Shown: positions 35,860 through 48,317, counted from the whole stretch's first letter. The stretch is DNA of 63,835 nt, filler included, from Perkinsus chesapeaki ATCC PRA-425 (GCA_013115145.1; 13 parts of 13 records of this genome joined end to end with filler, not necessarily neighbours in it); one strand, 5' to 3'. Notes: generated from the sequence alone by a model not told the origin. Numbers and translations: made by a program.

Positions 35860-38410
35860 CCCTACATGCAGAGGCGTGCTGTGAGCCCCTTGCTTGTAAG
35901 CTCGGCGCTCAGTTAGGCTGGTGATGGTTCTCATGATCTCAGAGGGGTATGACTCCTACACGCACCGCATCCCCGGCAGCCCGCGCCGTCAGCCCTTATA
36001 TGGTGAGTTGGAGTGATCGAGGCGCGGCTCGCAGCAGTGGCTCAGGTTCGTTCAGCGAACGCGGCGGTTTCGCGGCAATTCTCGTCGCCAGTTCCCAGCT
36101 CATCAGGATGCATGGTGAGTTGCCCTGGCTAAGTCGTAGAGGATGAATGCGTTGCAGCCTGCTCGGGCGATGAGTGTAGCTGGCGCATTCTCCCCCTCCG
36201 GTGGAGTTTCCCAAGCCTCCCCTGGGCGGGTCGTGTCCAGGTGGGCCCGTTCGGTGATGGAGTGCAGAAGACTTCCTTTTTGTTTAGGCGTATAATTCGT
36301 TACGCGTCTCCCGTGCCGTCGCGAGTGACGACGACCAGATACTGTCGTTCAGCCAGCCCTATGAGAAGGGATCATTATGAGGCCTATCAGCAGCAGCCCC
36401 CTGGCAGCGTGCCGGCCGAGTCGAAGCGATACGCCTTGGACCTGAACACGGAGGAGGGTAGGCCGGTCTTGAGATGGTGTTTGTGTAGATCGCCCTTGTT
36501 TGGCAGATGTCGCTTTCAAGAGTGCTACCAACACTTTTTTGATGACCCAGCCGCAAGTGAGAACTGGTGTACGGCTTGCAGCAAGGCGTCCCTCTTAGGA
36601 AGAGCCAAATGCCAGCCGGCTCAGTTGGGGTGCGTGCAATCGCCAAATGCTGGAGGAGGACCGCAGGCTGAGGTACCCGAGGGTGGATCCACCGGACTCC
36701 ACAGCAGCAATTCCCTATACGGCGCGGCCATCTCCACGGGTAGGCAAGCGGCAGTCTCGCTTGGAAAGAGACTTTGTCCGACTACCAGGGGTCATCGCCG
36801 GCAGCAGCTAGACGATGTGTTGATGACGCAGTTGGTGCGATGTTACAGCTGGCTGAGGAGGACGAGAGCCTCGAGATGGAGGTGAGCATTTACTACAAGT
36901 AGTGGTTGGTCATTATCGGTCCCTTTCTTAGCCGGACCCGATGAAGTCTTGCCAGCCCAAAAGAGTGAGAGCCGCTGTCCTTTGTCAAAGTTGTCATGGT
37001 TTTCTCCTGCTGCAGTCGTCTGAGGAGCTAATGCTGCTATCGGATTCCGACGAGTCGGTGGCGTCCCCACCGCGGAAGAAGCGTACTTCTTTAGACAGGT
37101 GAGGCTATGACACTTGAGAAGGCGCAGGGTTGTGCTCCAGGCAACCTAGGGCGTGTCGTACGCCAGTGGCTACAGCAGCCACGCAGACGGAAAATGCTTT
37201 GAAGGTGGGGCTGATTTTCGGAGTAACTTGGAGCGACTGTTGCTCAGGTATGCGTTGGTGCTGAACCGAGATCAGATCAGTCTAGGGCCGCGGCAGCAAG
37301 TCCTGGTAGGTCCCCCTTAATGCTCGGTCGATGGTTTGTGTGGTCGTCAGGGCGTCCGGAGTTTGGCTCGTTTACCGGACACTCGTGTGAGTGTTCAGGG
37401 AAGAGTCGCAGTTACACTTCGGCGTTTATGTCCCCCTCGTATGCTGACCGAGCGAGAGCGCTTCAAGAGAAAGAAGTCCAGTAAGGCGCACTATCTGTGG
37501 GCTGTTAGGCTACTTTTAGGTTAGAAAAGTTTCTGCAAGAATCAGCGCGCCGGCGGGCTCGGTTGATGGACTCCATACAGAAGAGGAAGAGGGAGGTTAG
37601 CTCGATGGCTGTGTGCGAGGAGGATGAGGAGTTCAACGCCCCGATTCGAGGCTTGAAGTGAGGAGGCTGAAGGAGGCTCCTGTTGGGCTGGGGAGGGACC
37701 TTGTAGGTTACCGATGGGGTCGGCAGAGGGAAGGTGGGCGGAGGCAGCAGCAGGGGGTGGGAGGTGAGCAAGGAGTTGTGGTGTGCTTGGATAGGTCGCG
37801 TTGTCAGTGTTGATGCCCCGGCTGCCATGAAGGCTGCTGGTGCCGGTAAGATGGTGAGCACAGTCATTGATAGAGTGTATTGTGATTAGGTATAGCTGTT
37901 CATCGTCCAGAGGGTGGAACGGAGAGACGAGAGGATAGGTGAGCTGTTTGAGGGGTTTTGGGAGGACTAGTATGTCTTCCAACAGGCCAACAGTAGACGG
38001 AAGCCACTCCACTGGGACAAACGGTAGGTTATGTTTGTGAGCTATTCCGAGTAGGACTGCCTTGATTAGGTCCTCGGCGACCATCTTCACCTGTTCCGGC
38101 ATCGCATGGTGTGTTTGTGAAGGAGGGCCAGCCCAGCAAGCAGAGGAGGCGTTCTAGCTGGCATGGTGATCCTAATGTGAGGAATGCCTCCGCAAATCCA
38201 TGGGGAAATCATGTGCCATCTGTCTCAGCGCACGGTCTTCGGTGATACGACGCCGCTGCCTCTACACGGGAGCTACCACAGAACGGTTGTTCCGAAGTAG
38301 GAGGTGTTAGTTTACTGCTGAGATGTCTGGGCAATTAGGGCCAATAAGTTGCATGGGAGGGGAGAGACGTACGCTCCGATAGACGACGCGCAGTGGAGGG
38401 TGAGGGCGGC
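35860..38410 (+). CDS. Unknown multi-exon gene, tandem paralog A (boundaries approximate)
   Basis: Shares blocks with 38860-41365: IRYASPV.SR.TTT, SPPRKKR, SP.Y..R...L.EKE..LE.FLQESARRR, QRTV.GD..PLPLHGSYHRT..P and YAPIDD.QW. Intron 37481-37519 is at the same position as in paralog B. Confidence 0.6.
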
Positions 38411-38859
38411 TTTAGATGGGGCGGTGGGAGTGTTTTGTGGCAGGCATTAGCCGAGAAGTTGAGGCAGAAGGCGGATAGCTACGCCATAAGTACCGAGTAG
38501 AAAGGAGAAGGCCTAATTATTAAAGTGGATGATGCTACAGAGACAGCTCTCTGATGGCCCACTTGGGAGACTGCATGTTCACCTTTTGTTCCCTGCATGC
38601 ATTTGTGATGGGCCACCACCGCCACGGCAGCCGCCACTTCTGTGGAAGTGGGGCTGGGCTTCTATGAAAGTGTTGGGTTTTGAGTTGTTTTGAGGTGGGG
38701 AATGGGTGGAGTAGTGTTATCGATGGCATCATCCGGACACAGTAGAGATAATCTAACAGGCCAACAGGGGCCAGTGTGGGAGGTGGTGAGAGAGGAGGTG
38801 GAGTATGAAGAGTGAGTTGTTGTTGTTGTTGATGATAAGGAGGGTTTGGGTTAGATGGC

Positions 38860-41365
38860 ATTCAGGCCTGTGTGCTACTATGGCAGTCCTACGTATGTAC
38901 AGACTAGTTCAGCTCACCCATCCGGCAGCCCTGTGATAGTAAGTTGCATGCTCGGGAGGGGGGAGGCAACCGTGTCAGGTCCGCCCTGCGAGCACAACTG
39001 TTACCCGTTACGTATCGCCGGTCTACAGCCAGGTTGATGTGGTGCCGATGGTAGAGGGGGTGTATGTGATATGGGGGATGAGAGTGAGGTGTTTCAGGGA
39101 GAGTATCCTGTCACTTGTACGTCCCCGGCAGCTGTCCCTCAACATAGCGGTGTGATGCAGAGTTCGCCTGGTAGGGTGGTCTCAAGGTAGCAGCTTAAGA
39201 GAGGGTAAGGTAGAGTACGTCAACGGTTAGGCGTGTGATCCGCTACGCTTCACCTGTCCGTTCGCGTATCACCACGACCACCTATCGTTGCACACCGAGC
39301 AGTCCCTGGCAGTATGGCGAAGGAAGCGGAAGCATCATGACATCCTCGCCCCCACCTGGGGCAGCTGAGGTGCTGCCATCCTACGGGGTACCTGGGTACA
39401 ATTTGCGGACTCCGAGGAGAGGGAGAGAGGAGGTGGGCTGAGAAGTCGGATTGGGCTGGAGGTGTGCCTTGTTAGGGTGAAGTAAGCCAGGCGGACTTCG
39501 ACTGCGATAGGCCTTTCACTGCGCCTCGAGTAAGCCAGCCGGATAGCTGTTGGAGTGAGATGGGGTTAGGAGGGAGCTGGCTGCGGTGGTAGCAGCTACC
39601 CACGCTCATGCAAGAAGTCTGAGTTGTCGGAGGAGCCTGTGAGCGAGAGAGCAGCGCCGGAACCTGTTCCCAGTATACCGCAAACGGTCGAATCGAAGGG
39701 CAAGGTAAGCGGATAGTTTGAAAGGCCTGATAGGCAGCTCCGATAGCACCGTTCGCCCAAGAGTGGCACGCCGATGAGCAGAAGGCCGCTCTACGAGTAT
39801 CACGAAGAGGAGGAGGGGCAGGATAAAGGATACGATGAAAGCATGGAGATGGAGGTAGGTTGAGGTGGCTCCTGGTTTGGAGCAGCAAATGGCTTCAGCC
39901 CGACCCGACAAACGTTGCGGTGCAGTGTCGTCGAAGGGTAAGAGAAGGGTGCGCTGGTCTTTCGTATTGCCGGCGTTGGCATTCTGACGGTGATATGGTG
40001 TGAATTCGTTAGTCATCGGGGTCTTTGGTCTTCTCCGACTCGGATGGCGATGATGATGATGCCGGCAGCCCGCCACGGAAGAAGAGATTGTAACTCACGC
40101 TGCCTGCTGTTCTGTATGGAAGGTGGAGGCCGACTTATCAGGTCTACCAAGAAGCCACCGACTCCCCTTGCCGCCTCTCGCGGCGCGCAGACAGATGACG
40201 TTGTTGAGGTGGGGCTCTGCTGCTGATGATGATTATTATGATTCTCGTTTATATTGAATTCCCCCAGGATGATCCGCCATGTGACAGTGACGAGGGCGGC
40301 GGCGGCGGTCTGAGATCGCCTGGTAGGGCTGGCTCGGTGTAGAGTGATCGTTGATGTACTTCAGCTGTGTTAGGTCGAGAGTTCTTGTCTTTGGACGTGC
40401 AAGCGTGTCGAGGTGTGTCCCCCGGACGGGCTTACCTCTCCCCAGTGTACCGCGAGAGATCCAGGGAGTTGAAGGAGAAGGAGGCCGAGTATGGTGAATT
40501 GCATGGGCAACAGTACATAGGTGTTGGCAGGCTGGAGCAGTTCCTGCAAGAGTCGGCGAGGCGTCGGGGAAGGCTTATTGAGTCCATTAAAAAGAGAAGG
40601 CGAGAGAGCGATGGGGAAGGGAGCGCTGCTGGCGGACTTGAGTGCCACCACGATGCGCCAATCATCTGTAATTCAATTGTTTCTCTCAGACTACCCAAAG
40701 TTGGCGCTGTTGGGAGGTGGGGCGAGGTTGAGGAGAGTAGGCCCGCAGGAGGAGGAGGAGCCGCGTTCAGAAGGAAGTGAGGGCCGATGTGGTTATTTTA
40801 TGTTGTTCATCGATACTCCAGACCGTGGTCACCACCGCCGTTTAAGGCGATAGAGCAGGAGGGTCCTCGTGAGAGAGAATGGAAGAAAGGCATTTATCCG
40901 TAAGCGGCAGATGAGCACGGTTTTTCGGGACCTCCTCGCTTCTATGTTGTCAGGCCTCCTCCTTTGACTGCCAGAGAGCAGACCAGGAGAGGTAGGGAGC
41001 TGCATTGTTACCGCGTGAGAGTATTCCTCTTGTAGAAGCGGTTCATGTGGACGAACCAGATCCTGTAACATCTAATGGCTGCTTTGTATCCGAGGGAAAA
41101 CACAGGCCAGTTGGTAGACGTTCTCTAGGAGATACGGTAAGGCAAGCCTGCTATGCTGTGGCTTGAGGGCCGCTATGCTCAGAGAACAGTGTACGGAGAT
41201 GCCTCGCCCTTACCGTTGCACGGCAGCTACCACAGGACGATCATCCCGAGGTGGGCGAGCTATGTTAGGCACCCTTCGTTCATGACTCACTGCAGGGTAC
41301 AGAGGCTTTTCGGGGAAGGCGCGCCGTATGCACCCATCGACGATAATCAATGGAAGGTTGGTTGA
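38860..41365 (+). CDS. Unknown multi-exon gene, tandem paralog B (boundaries approximate)
   Basis: Same conserved blocks as paralog A; intron 40489-40530 matches the intron in A. Confidence 0.6.
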
Positions 41366-42021
41366 TGTGCCTTTGTCTGAAGCTGATTAAATCTACTCAG
41401 GAACTAGCGAATAGACTGAGAAGGCAGGCTGAGAGCCATACGATAAGCGTTGATAGGTCGTGCTGATTTAATCGCGGTCATTGTTGTTGCATGTAGCAAG
41501 CCACCTTGTGGGCCACCTCGGCGGTTTCATTTCGGGTAGAGTAGATGTCTTGCTGACGATACGGTCACTTACTGTTAATAGTTTATCATAAGAGCATGCA
41601 TGATTTACGCTGGAGGACGGTTTACAGGGAAACCTCTGACAGTTTATAATATCCTTCGAAGGGCAAAACTTGGGTGTTGTGTTGGAGACGCGACGTGAAC
41701 TGGAGGAAACTGAAGATTTCAAGTGACGTATCTTCTTGTGCATGCGTGCAGCCGTTTTTGTGGGGCTAGGCTAATTGGTTTGCAGTATGGTATACCATCT
41801 GCCCCCATCTACTGCACTGCTACCTTTCTGCTACTAACAAGGACATTGACCCTCGCATACTGAGAGGCTCTTTGGATTCGTGTGGTAACTACTTTGTGGT
41901 ATTCACTGTGCTGGCCCACTCCCCCAGCAGTTGCTCTTGAACGGTCATAATGATGAGTTAGCCCAGTTTCATTCTCAACACTTATGGTTCCAGGAACTGT
42001 GTAACGGTATATGTTTAAAAG

Positions 42022-42121
42022 NNNNNNNNNNNNNNNNNNNNNNNNNNNNNNNNNNNNNNNNNNNNTTAATTAATTAANNNNNNNNNNNNNNNNNNNNNNN
42101 NNNNNNNNNNNNNNNNNNNNN
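42022..42121. other. Artificial contig linker
   Basis: N44-TTAATTAATTAA-N44. Confidence 0.98.
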
Positions 42122-42311
42122 CTAAGGGTGTCGCAAGCACCGCTCCTCTATCGGGCAAAGATGGGATATATAACAGAAAAGGAAAGAAAAAAACCCACCC
42201 TCCCAAGGGGAACACGCAGAGCTAAGGCCTAGGCACGACCAGCGCTCTCCCCAATGACATTAGTTAGGTTGTGCTTGGACCTTGGTAAACGTGTATTCAA
42301 CACTAATTATC

Positions 42312-42356
42312 GGCTGTGTGGTCTAGTGGTATGATTTGCGCTTTGGGTGCACGAGG
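42312..42356 (+). tRNA. trnP: tRNA-Pro(TGG), 5' part (acceptor, D arm/A box, anticodon arm), interrupted
   Basis: GGCTGTG TG GTCTAGTGGTATGATT TGCGC TT TGG GT GCACG AGG; the sequence then stops resembling tRNA. Confidence 0.85.
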
Positions 42357-45295
42357 GCTGCGCGATATAGTGGGTTATTCGCGCCGAAGGCGCGAAAAAT
42401 TTTTTTTAGGAAAAGAAGAGAGAAAAAAGAAAAAGAAGGGAAACATGAGCAAAGAGCCGTTAAATCTTTACGATGTTGATAGCTGCTAATTGTGTTACAC
42501 TTACGAGTAGTACAAAAAATAACACCTTAGAACTGGACACAATTCGGCAAGCATTGACAACATCACGGTTATCATTTTCATGCATTTTTTTGGGCTGCCA
42601 GCCACAGATCATAGTCTCCGTCGGTTGCGGGACAAAACCAGCCTGCCGATTTCCCATTGATCCATGGTTTCTTGTGACCAGTGAGACCTGTCTTCTCGGC
42701 GCCACATGAAGTGCAACGAGGTCGCTTCCTTTCACCCCCCTTCCAGTCTTCAGGTACATGACGCTTACGATCCACAAGCTCGTTCGAGCAGGCTGGAACC
42801 TCGGTAGTCTGCGAATGCTCTTGCTGAATATTTGGCCTTGCCCTAGGTGCCGGTTTGCCCCTTGGTTTTGCACGACCGCGGTTCCGCCGGCCAGCTTCTT
42901 TTGCTTCACGGATACGTAAAAACTCAGACATCTGCTTGGTCGACTTCCACTCCTCTAAAGGGCCATCGTGATTCGGGCAATACCAGGGCCCGACATAAGA
43001 CCGACCTTCGAATATCACATTCGGGCGGAAGTGCGAAGTTCGCACTGCGAACCTTCAAAATTGAATTTCAGTCCATCTGGACGGTCCAATCATAGCGGTT
43101 CCTACCTTTGCGGACTTCACGACAGACACCACAACGAATTCCATCTATTTCTATAGCAGTTCCGGTCTTCTCTGGGGGAGGTTCTGGTACCCGTGCCTCC
43201 ATATTGGGTCGAGGTATTGGTCTCGGTGCCTCTGACTGGCTTGGCACAGCTGGAGTTACAGCCCTTGCCCCTGATGCCAACACCTCGGCCATTCGAGTTC
43301 GTCTGGCAGCTGTCATCACATCAGGCACAGCTGCTGAAGCGCCCGCGAGTGCTATTTTCTTCTTGGTTAGATAGGCCTCAACGTGGAACCTAGAGGTAAC
43401 CAAAATCGGTGTGTTTGGATCTTTAAGCTTCTCTTCGAGGAACCAGCGATAATACTGCCGATGAATCTCGCTGATGTCTTGTTCACCGACGGTGGCAGCC
43501 AGGTCATCCAATTTCTGTTTCATTAGAATCGTGAAGTTTTCAGGGCGTGCTTTCTGGAGAAAGTTAGAGTTTTGTCCAAACATCCGGAGTTTTGAAATCC
43601 TGCGTGAAGTGCTTTGAGACTTGGATGCGGACACATGACGCTCATTGCGCCCTATGTCTTGCAAGGAGTGCTCAGTCTCCAGTATTTCCAAGACACGGTC
43701 CATACTCCAGTTCATTGCATATGCCTCATACTCGTGTATGTCCTCACTGTCAGCCACTGTTTCGCCAGGGCTAGCTTTGCTCAATTCGTCGACCTCAGCT
43801 TCAGCTAATTCACGCCGAATGGCGGCTGTATATTCTAGCCCAAATTGTTCACCTACATTCAATTAATCGGCCACTAAGTAAGAAAAAAGCCTCACCCGTA
43901 TCGGTAGCGTTCAAAACTAAGTTCGGATAAATAGTCTCACCATCGCCGGATGAGTCCCTCAATCTCAGGAGAACGGCGTTATCGTAGATGGGATAAACCG
44001 ATCTATGCCCTTCAGCTTTGCGGCGAACATTGCGGTTGTATCGCATTATACCATCTATTACGAGAACCTGGGAAGCAAGTGTGCCGACATTCGTGCCACT
44101 CAGATATGAGGCCTGCCAACCGTGAATTCCTTCGAGTTGGCTGCTGCCTCGATAACATTTATATGCCATCAACGGCGCTTCCTTCTTTCCTTGGAAGTGC
44201 ACAATCCCTTGTTCCTCGTATAAGGGGATATTTTGGGCATCGGATACACACCCCATCCGTACATGATGAATCTATACAAGGATAAATGACCCGGAAATGC
44301 TATAGTTTACAGTATAAACTTCATACAAAGAGTATCAACCTCTCGTTTCTGTGGCTTACTTGATTAGCCAAACAACGATCGAATCCATCTGGCCCTGGTG
44401 GAAGTAGCAACTCCCCTTCCCACTCGACATTCCGAGCAGCATCGACGACGGCCAGTATCCTTTCTTCAAGCTCTTCCTTGACCGGGACTTGACGACGCAC
44501 ATGCTTGTAAAGCCATGGTGGCGACTCTTTCAGCTTAGCAACTGCATCAGCAGGGTCGTTCAATCCGAGGCAATCATGATGGCTTCGATGAGAAGCTTCA
44601 TGTCATTTTCGTTCACCTTAAATACTGCCTAAAGAATAGTGGCCAAATGGAATCGTAGCACAACTACCTGTGACAATTCCCGCATAAACAAGGGATGGGA
44701 GGGGTGGGAGCTTCTACTACATGCTTTAGAAAATCTCCATAGTAGATGGAATACATCTAACTTCACTTGAATATTCGGGAATATTTCCTGTAACATCTTC
44801 TTGTACGACCCGCAACACTGTTTATCGACGTATGCCAAAGTTGGATATGGCACATTCAATGAGTCAAACCTAGTCTTTAGCCCGACATACAGCTGTCGAA
44901 CTTGGATGTCCGAGTCTGTTTCGGTAAACCCGTGACAGAGGACTTCGCCGAATTCATTTAAGACGGAATAACTCCACTTGGCGCCTGCCTGTGATGTCAC
45001 TTTACCCGCCAAAGGGCGGGTATGGTCCCCTTTAAGGATTCGCCCCGACAGACTCCTCATCTCTTGAGCTAGTCCGGGTTGACGCACGATAAAGTCTTGA
45101 ACGTAAACCGACATCAAGTACTCTCGACATCGATCTGAGTCCGCGACATTCCACCCATGGGATTCGCCTTGGTCGCTCATGCTGCCGAAACATGGGAACC
45201 CTCCTTCCGGTATTTTATGTTGTATGAAAGGTGACAGACGACCCTTCTGGGACGCTATCTCCCATTCCCGACAGTGGAGTTCATACTGAGCCCGC
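42357..45295 (-). mobile_element. Dada-type DNA transposon within tRNA-Pro (truncated at the transposase 5' end)
   Basis: Lies exactly between the tRNA-Pro 5' and 3' parts; encodes a Dada/DUF6729-type transposase; GAA-loop hairpin near the 42357 end. Confidence 0.8.
42578..45293 (-). pseudogene. Dada-like (DUF6729-associated) DDE transposase, spliced, N-terminally truncated, one frameshift
   Basis: Exons give ILKGDHT, VLNEFGEVL, AYVDKQCC, VKLDVFH (DxxH), SHPSHPLFMRELS, KHVRR, SDAQNIPLY, YRGSSQLEGIH, GEQFGLEY, and two C-terminal CxxC...W(Y/F)CP fingers. Frameshift near 44565. Confidence 0.8.
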
Positions 45296-45336
45296 TTGGG
45301 TGCACGAGGTCCCGAGTTCGATTCTCGGCTCAGCCC
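45296..45336 (+). tRNA. trnP: tRNA-Pro(TGG), 3' part (anticodon loop, T arm/B box, acceptor 3' strand)
   Basis: TTGGGTGCACGAGGTC CCGAG TTCGATT CTCGG CTCAGCC C. Confidence 0.85.
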
Positions 45337-46105
45337 CTTGGTGTACTAGGTTTTGAGCTCTGTCTGTAACTCTGAAATTTCAGGTTGTGCCGCGGGGGAA
45401 GTTGGCAGCCTTCCGAGTTTCAGTACGTTAGTAACTCAGAAAGATACCAATCAGGTAGTCGAATGATTTGAAATTATCATAATTTCATAATTCAATTATG
45501 TAGGTTGCAATTTTGGGAAGTATTTTGAGCACTACCTTGGAATGATTGTGACCCGCTCTTTGGTGCGTCACGTTTCTTGCAGTCGAGGGTGCGCGCACGT
45601 GTACAGCGTGCAAGCGTAGTCGATTGTTTGAGTGCGTCATGTGGGTCACAAATTGTGACTCACAATGTCACATGATGTGACACTTTGCAAACATCAGTAA
45701 TGAACCCGAATCGCTGAGCGGACTACAAAGATGCCCTCCAGATAATCTTTTTTGGAGGTGTTAACGAGCTAGTGGCCGAAGTCCTAGCAGCAACCCACAG
45801 TCCAACTCTCTGCAATCAAAGGAGTTCGGTTGCCCAGATGCCGCGCGAAGCGCGGCTGATAATCTCAAGGAGGTATAATGTAGAGGCCTAATTGTATAAG
45901 CGTGCATGATTTCCTCCCTTTTTCGACCGTGGAAGAAAACGGTTTCGTGCGGTTGAACGCGCGCGCCTCCAGCGAGTTTGAACGCGCATGTGTCTACGTG
46001 TCTGCGTGTCGAAAAAGCCGTGACGCCGAGCTACCCCCTAGCACAACAGCATGTACCACTGATAATGAGTGAATCGAACATAGTGACTATGTACTGACTG
46101 AATTA

Positions 46106-46225
46106 CTCCTTCTTCTTCCCTTTTCTTCCCTTTTTTCCCTTTTCTTCCCTTTTTTCTCTCCTCCCTTTTTCCTCCCCCTTCTCCTCCTTTCTTCCCTTTT
46201 TCTTTTCCCCCCTTTTTCCCAGTCT
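46106..46225. repeat. Polypyrimidine low-complexity tract
   Basis: About 120 bp made almost entirely of C and T on the + strand. Confidence 0.85.
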
Positions 46226-46362
46226 CTTTTGCCCCGGGTCTGGGCCTGGGTCTGGGCATATAGTTAGAAGCCGTGTAATACACGGTAGCATAACATTCAC
46301 GTTGTGGCTTGTTCATTCCCAAAAGTACACTGCGAGCGTCATGATTTTTTACAAATTTTATC

Positions 46363-46434
46363 GTTTGTGTGGCCTAGTGGTATGGTTCTCGTCTAGGGTG
46401 CGAGAGGTCTCGAGTTCAATTCTCGGCACAGCCC
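46363..46434 (+). tRNA. trnP: tRNA-Pro(AGG), one acceptor-stem mismatch
   Basis: Cloverleaf GTTTGTG / D arm / CTCGT-CT-AGG-GT-GCGAG / TCGAG-TTCAATT-CTCGG / CACAGCC-C; pair 2:71 is T:C. Confidence 0.85.
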
Positions 46435-46526
46435 AGTGTTGTACAAGGCTTTCGCTGTGGTAACTTGATTGAGGCCTTTATCTTGAGCCGCCACCGATTG
46501 GTCCCACCGATTGGTCCCGCTTCCGA

Positions 46527-46626
46527 NNNNNNNNNNNNNNNNNNNNNNNNNNNNNNNNNNNNNNNNNNNNTTAATTAATTAANNNNNNNNNNNNNNNNNN
46601 NNNNNNNNNNNNNNNNNNNNNNNNNN
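46527..46626. other. Artificial contig linker
   Basis: N44-TTAATTAATTAA-N44. Confidence 0.98.
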
Positions 46627-47703
46627 CTGGTTTACTCTACCGGCATGTCCTGTACGATGTCTACGGGCAGATTGTTCCGCAGGTGGTTTTGGATGATGAT
46701 GACCACACCACGCTTATCCAGGATATTATACACCACTTCCACTGCTTGGGTGGACACCCTGGTATCAAGGCTACTCGTCATTTGATCGAGCGCTACTTCT
46801 GGTCTCCGAAGCTGCGACATGCTGTCCGACGATATATCCAGCTGTGCCAGCCATGCCTCTTGACTCAGCAGACGCGTCCGTGGCACCCACCTAGTACCTA
46901 TGCTGCTCCGTCTAAGCCGTTTCAGACTATCGGTTTAGATTTGACTGGCCCGTATCATTCAGCCGTATGGCACACGGCTAACTTCCGTGTTGTTCTTACA
47001 GCGACTGACCTCCTGACTAAGTACTCTATTCTAATTCCTCTACAGAATGGTTCTTTACCTGAAGTTCTGCATGGGGTACGACTTATCACTTGGACTTATG
47101 GTGTTCCTTCTACTATCGTCTGTGACAACGCTAAGGTGTTTGTGAGCCTCACATTCGCACGGTTCTTACAGGAATATGGTATTAAGGTTTATCATACTCC
47201 GCCTTTGTCTCCGTTCTACGGAGGATGGTTTGAACGTGTACATCGTACCATGGGGATGGTTCTTCGCAGGCTACTCCTGGCGAGGCCTACTGACTGGTTG
47301 ACTCTCTTGCCTGAAACACAGTGGATTATTAACCATGTCAGTCAACAAGAGTATGGTGCTTGTCCTCATGAACTACTATTTGGTTATACAGATAACCTGC
47401 ATTTTCTTCATATGGCAAGTGACTCTGGTACTGACTTGGAGCCTACTAACCCTGTTGAGAAGCACGTCATAAATCATAAGCGGCTGCTTGCAGAATTCTG
47501 TAGGTTGTGGGAGAACCAACACACGGCTACGCGTCTTGCGTTGGAACGCCGCGCAACTACTGGTCCACAACCTCGGCAAGGAGATACTGTCTACCGTTTC
47601 CGCCCAGCAGCTTACAAGTTGACAACTGGCTGGGATGGCCCATACACAATCCTCGACAAGCTCACTGATGTTGTCTACCTACTATCTGACCCGAGGGATT
47701 CTT
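46627..47703 (+). mobile_element. LTR-retrotransposon integrase fragment
   Basis: HHCC (H...GHPG...RYFW...CQPC), core IGLDLTGP...DLLTKY...CDNA...GGWFER, and a C-terminal GPY/F-type motif KL...WDGPYTI. Confidence 0.93.
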
Positions 47704-47803
47704 NNNNNNNNNNNNNNNNNNNNNNNNNNNNNNNNNNNNNNNNNNNNTTAATTAATTAANNNNNNNNNNNNNNNNNNNNNNNNNNNNNNNNNNNNNNNNN
47801 NNN
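47704..47803. other. Artificial contig linker
   Basis: N44-TTAATTAATTAA-N44. Confidence 0.98.
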
Positions 47804-48317
47804 ATTATACGTGTTTCGCTGGGGATTGGGCTTTGAAGGTTAGCGTTGGAGCCGTTCGAGATCACGTCGGAGTGCATCGCCGATGCGATACTCTCATTCA
47901 ACCCGGATAGAGTGATATTCTTCGATAATCTACTCACAATGGGTCCAGTTCCTCGCCATCTTATGGCAAGAGTGGGCAGAATTATCGAGTACATTCATCA
48001 TGGACGTTGTAGAAATGAAGGTAAGAAATTCTCGTTTGGTCGGTGACTCGTGTTCATACTAGGTGCAATCATAATGCTGGAAGTTGAAGGATCAATAGAG
48101 GCGTCTATGCGCAGTTAACATGCTGGAAGAGCAGTGCATTAACGATATTCGACGAAGTTCCAGAGCGTTTTGCACTCTAGCATCAGCGTTTCTTGAGTTG
48201 AAAATATAGGTGACCCTGCAGTCAAGCTACTAAGCTGGGCAAGAGTTGATGGGGGAAGTTCGGACCTTTGGGGCTTAATAATGATTATATTAGCTTGCAA
48301 TATTGGATTGGACCGTT

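Noticed and set aside
37481-37519. In-frame TAA and TAG in paralog A suggesting stop-codon reassignment or a pseudogene
   Set aside because: Both lie in a 39-nt GT-AG intron whose position is conserved in paralog B; other genes end at normal stops.
37542-38102. 186-aa minus-strand ORF (also 38535-38861 and 39472-40076)
   Set aside because: Antisense to the + strand paralog exons; not conserved between the two copies, whereas the + strand peptides are.
46038-46322. Lys/Glu/Gly-rich ORFs
   Set aside because: Translation of a polypurine/polypyrimidine low-complexity tract.
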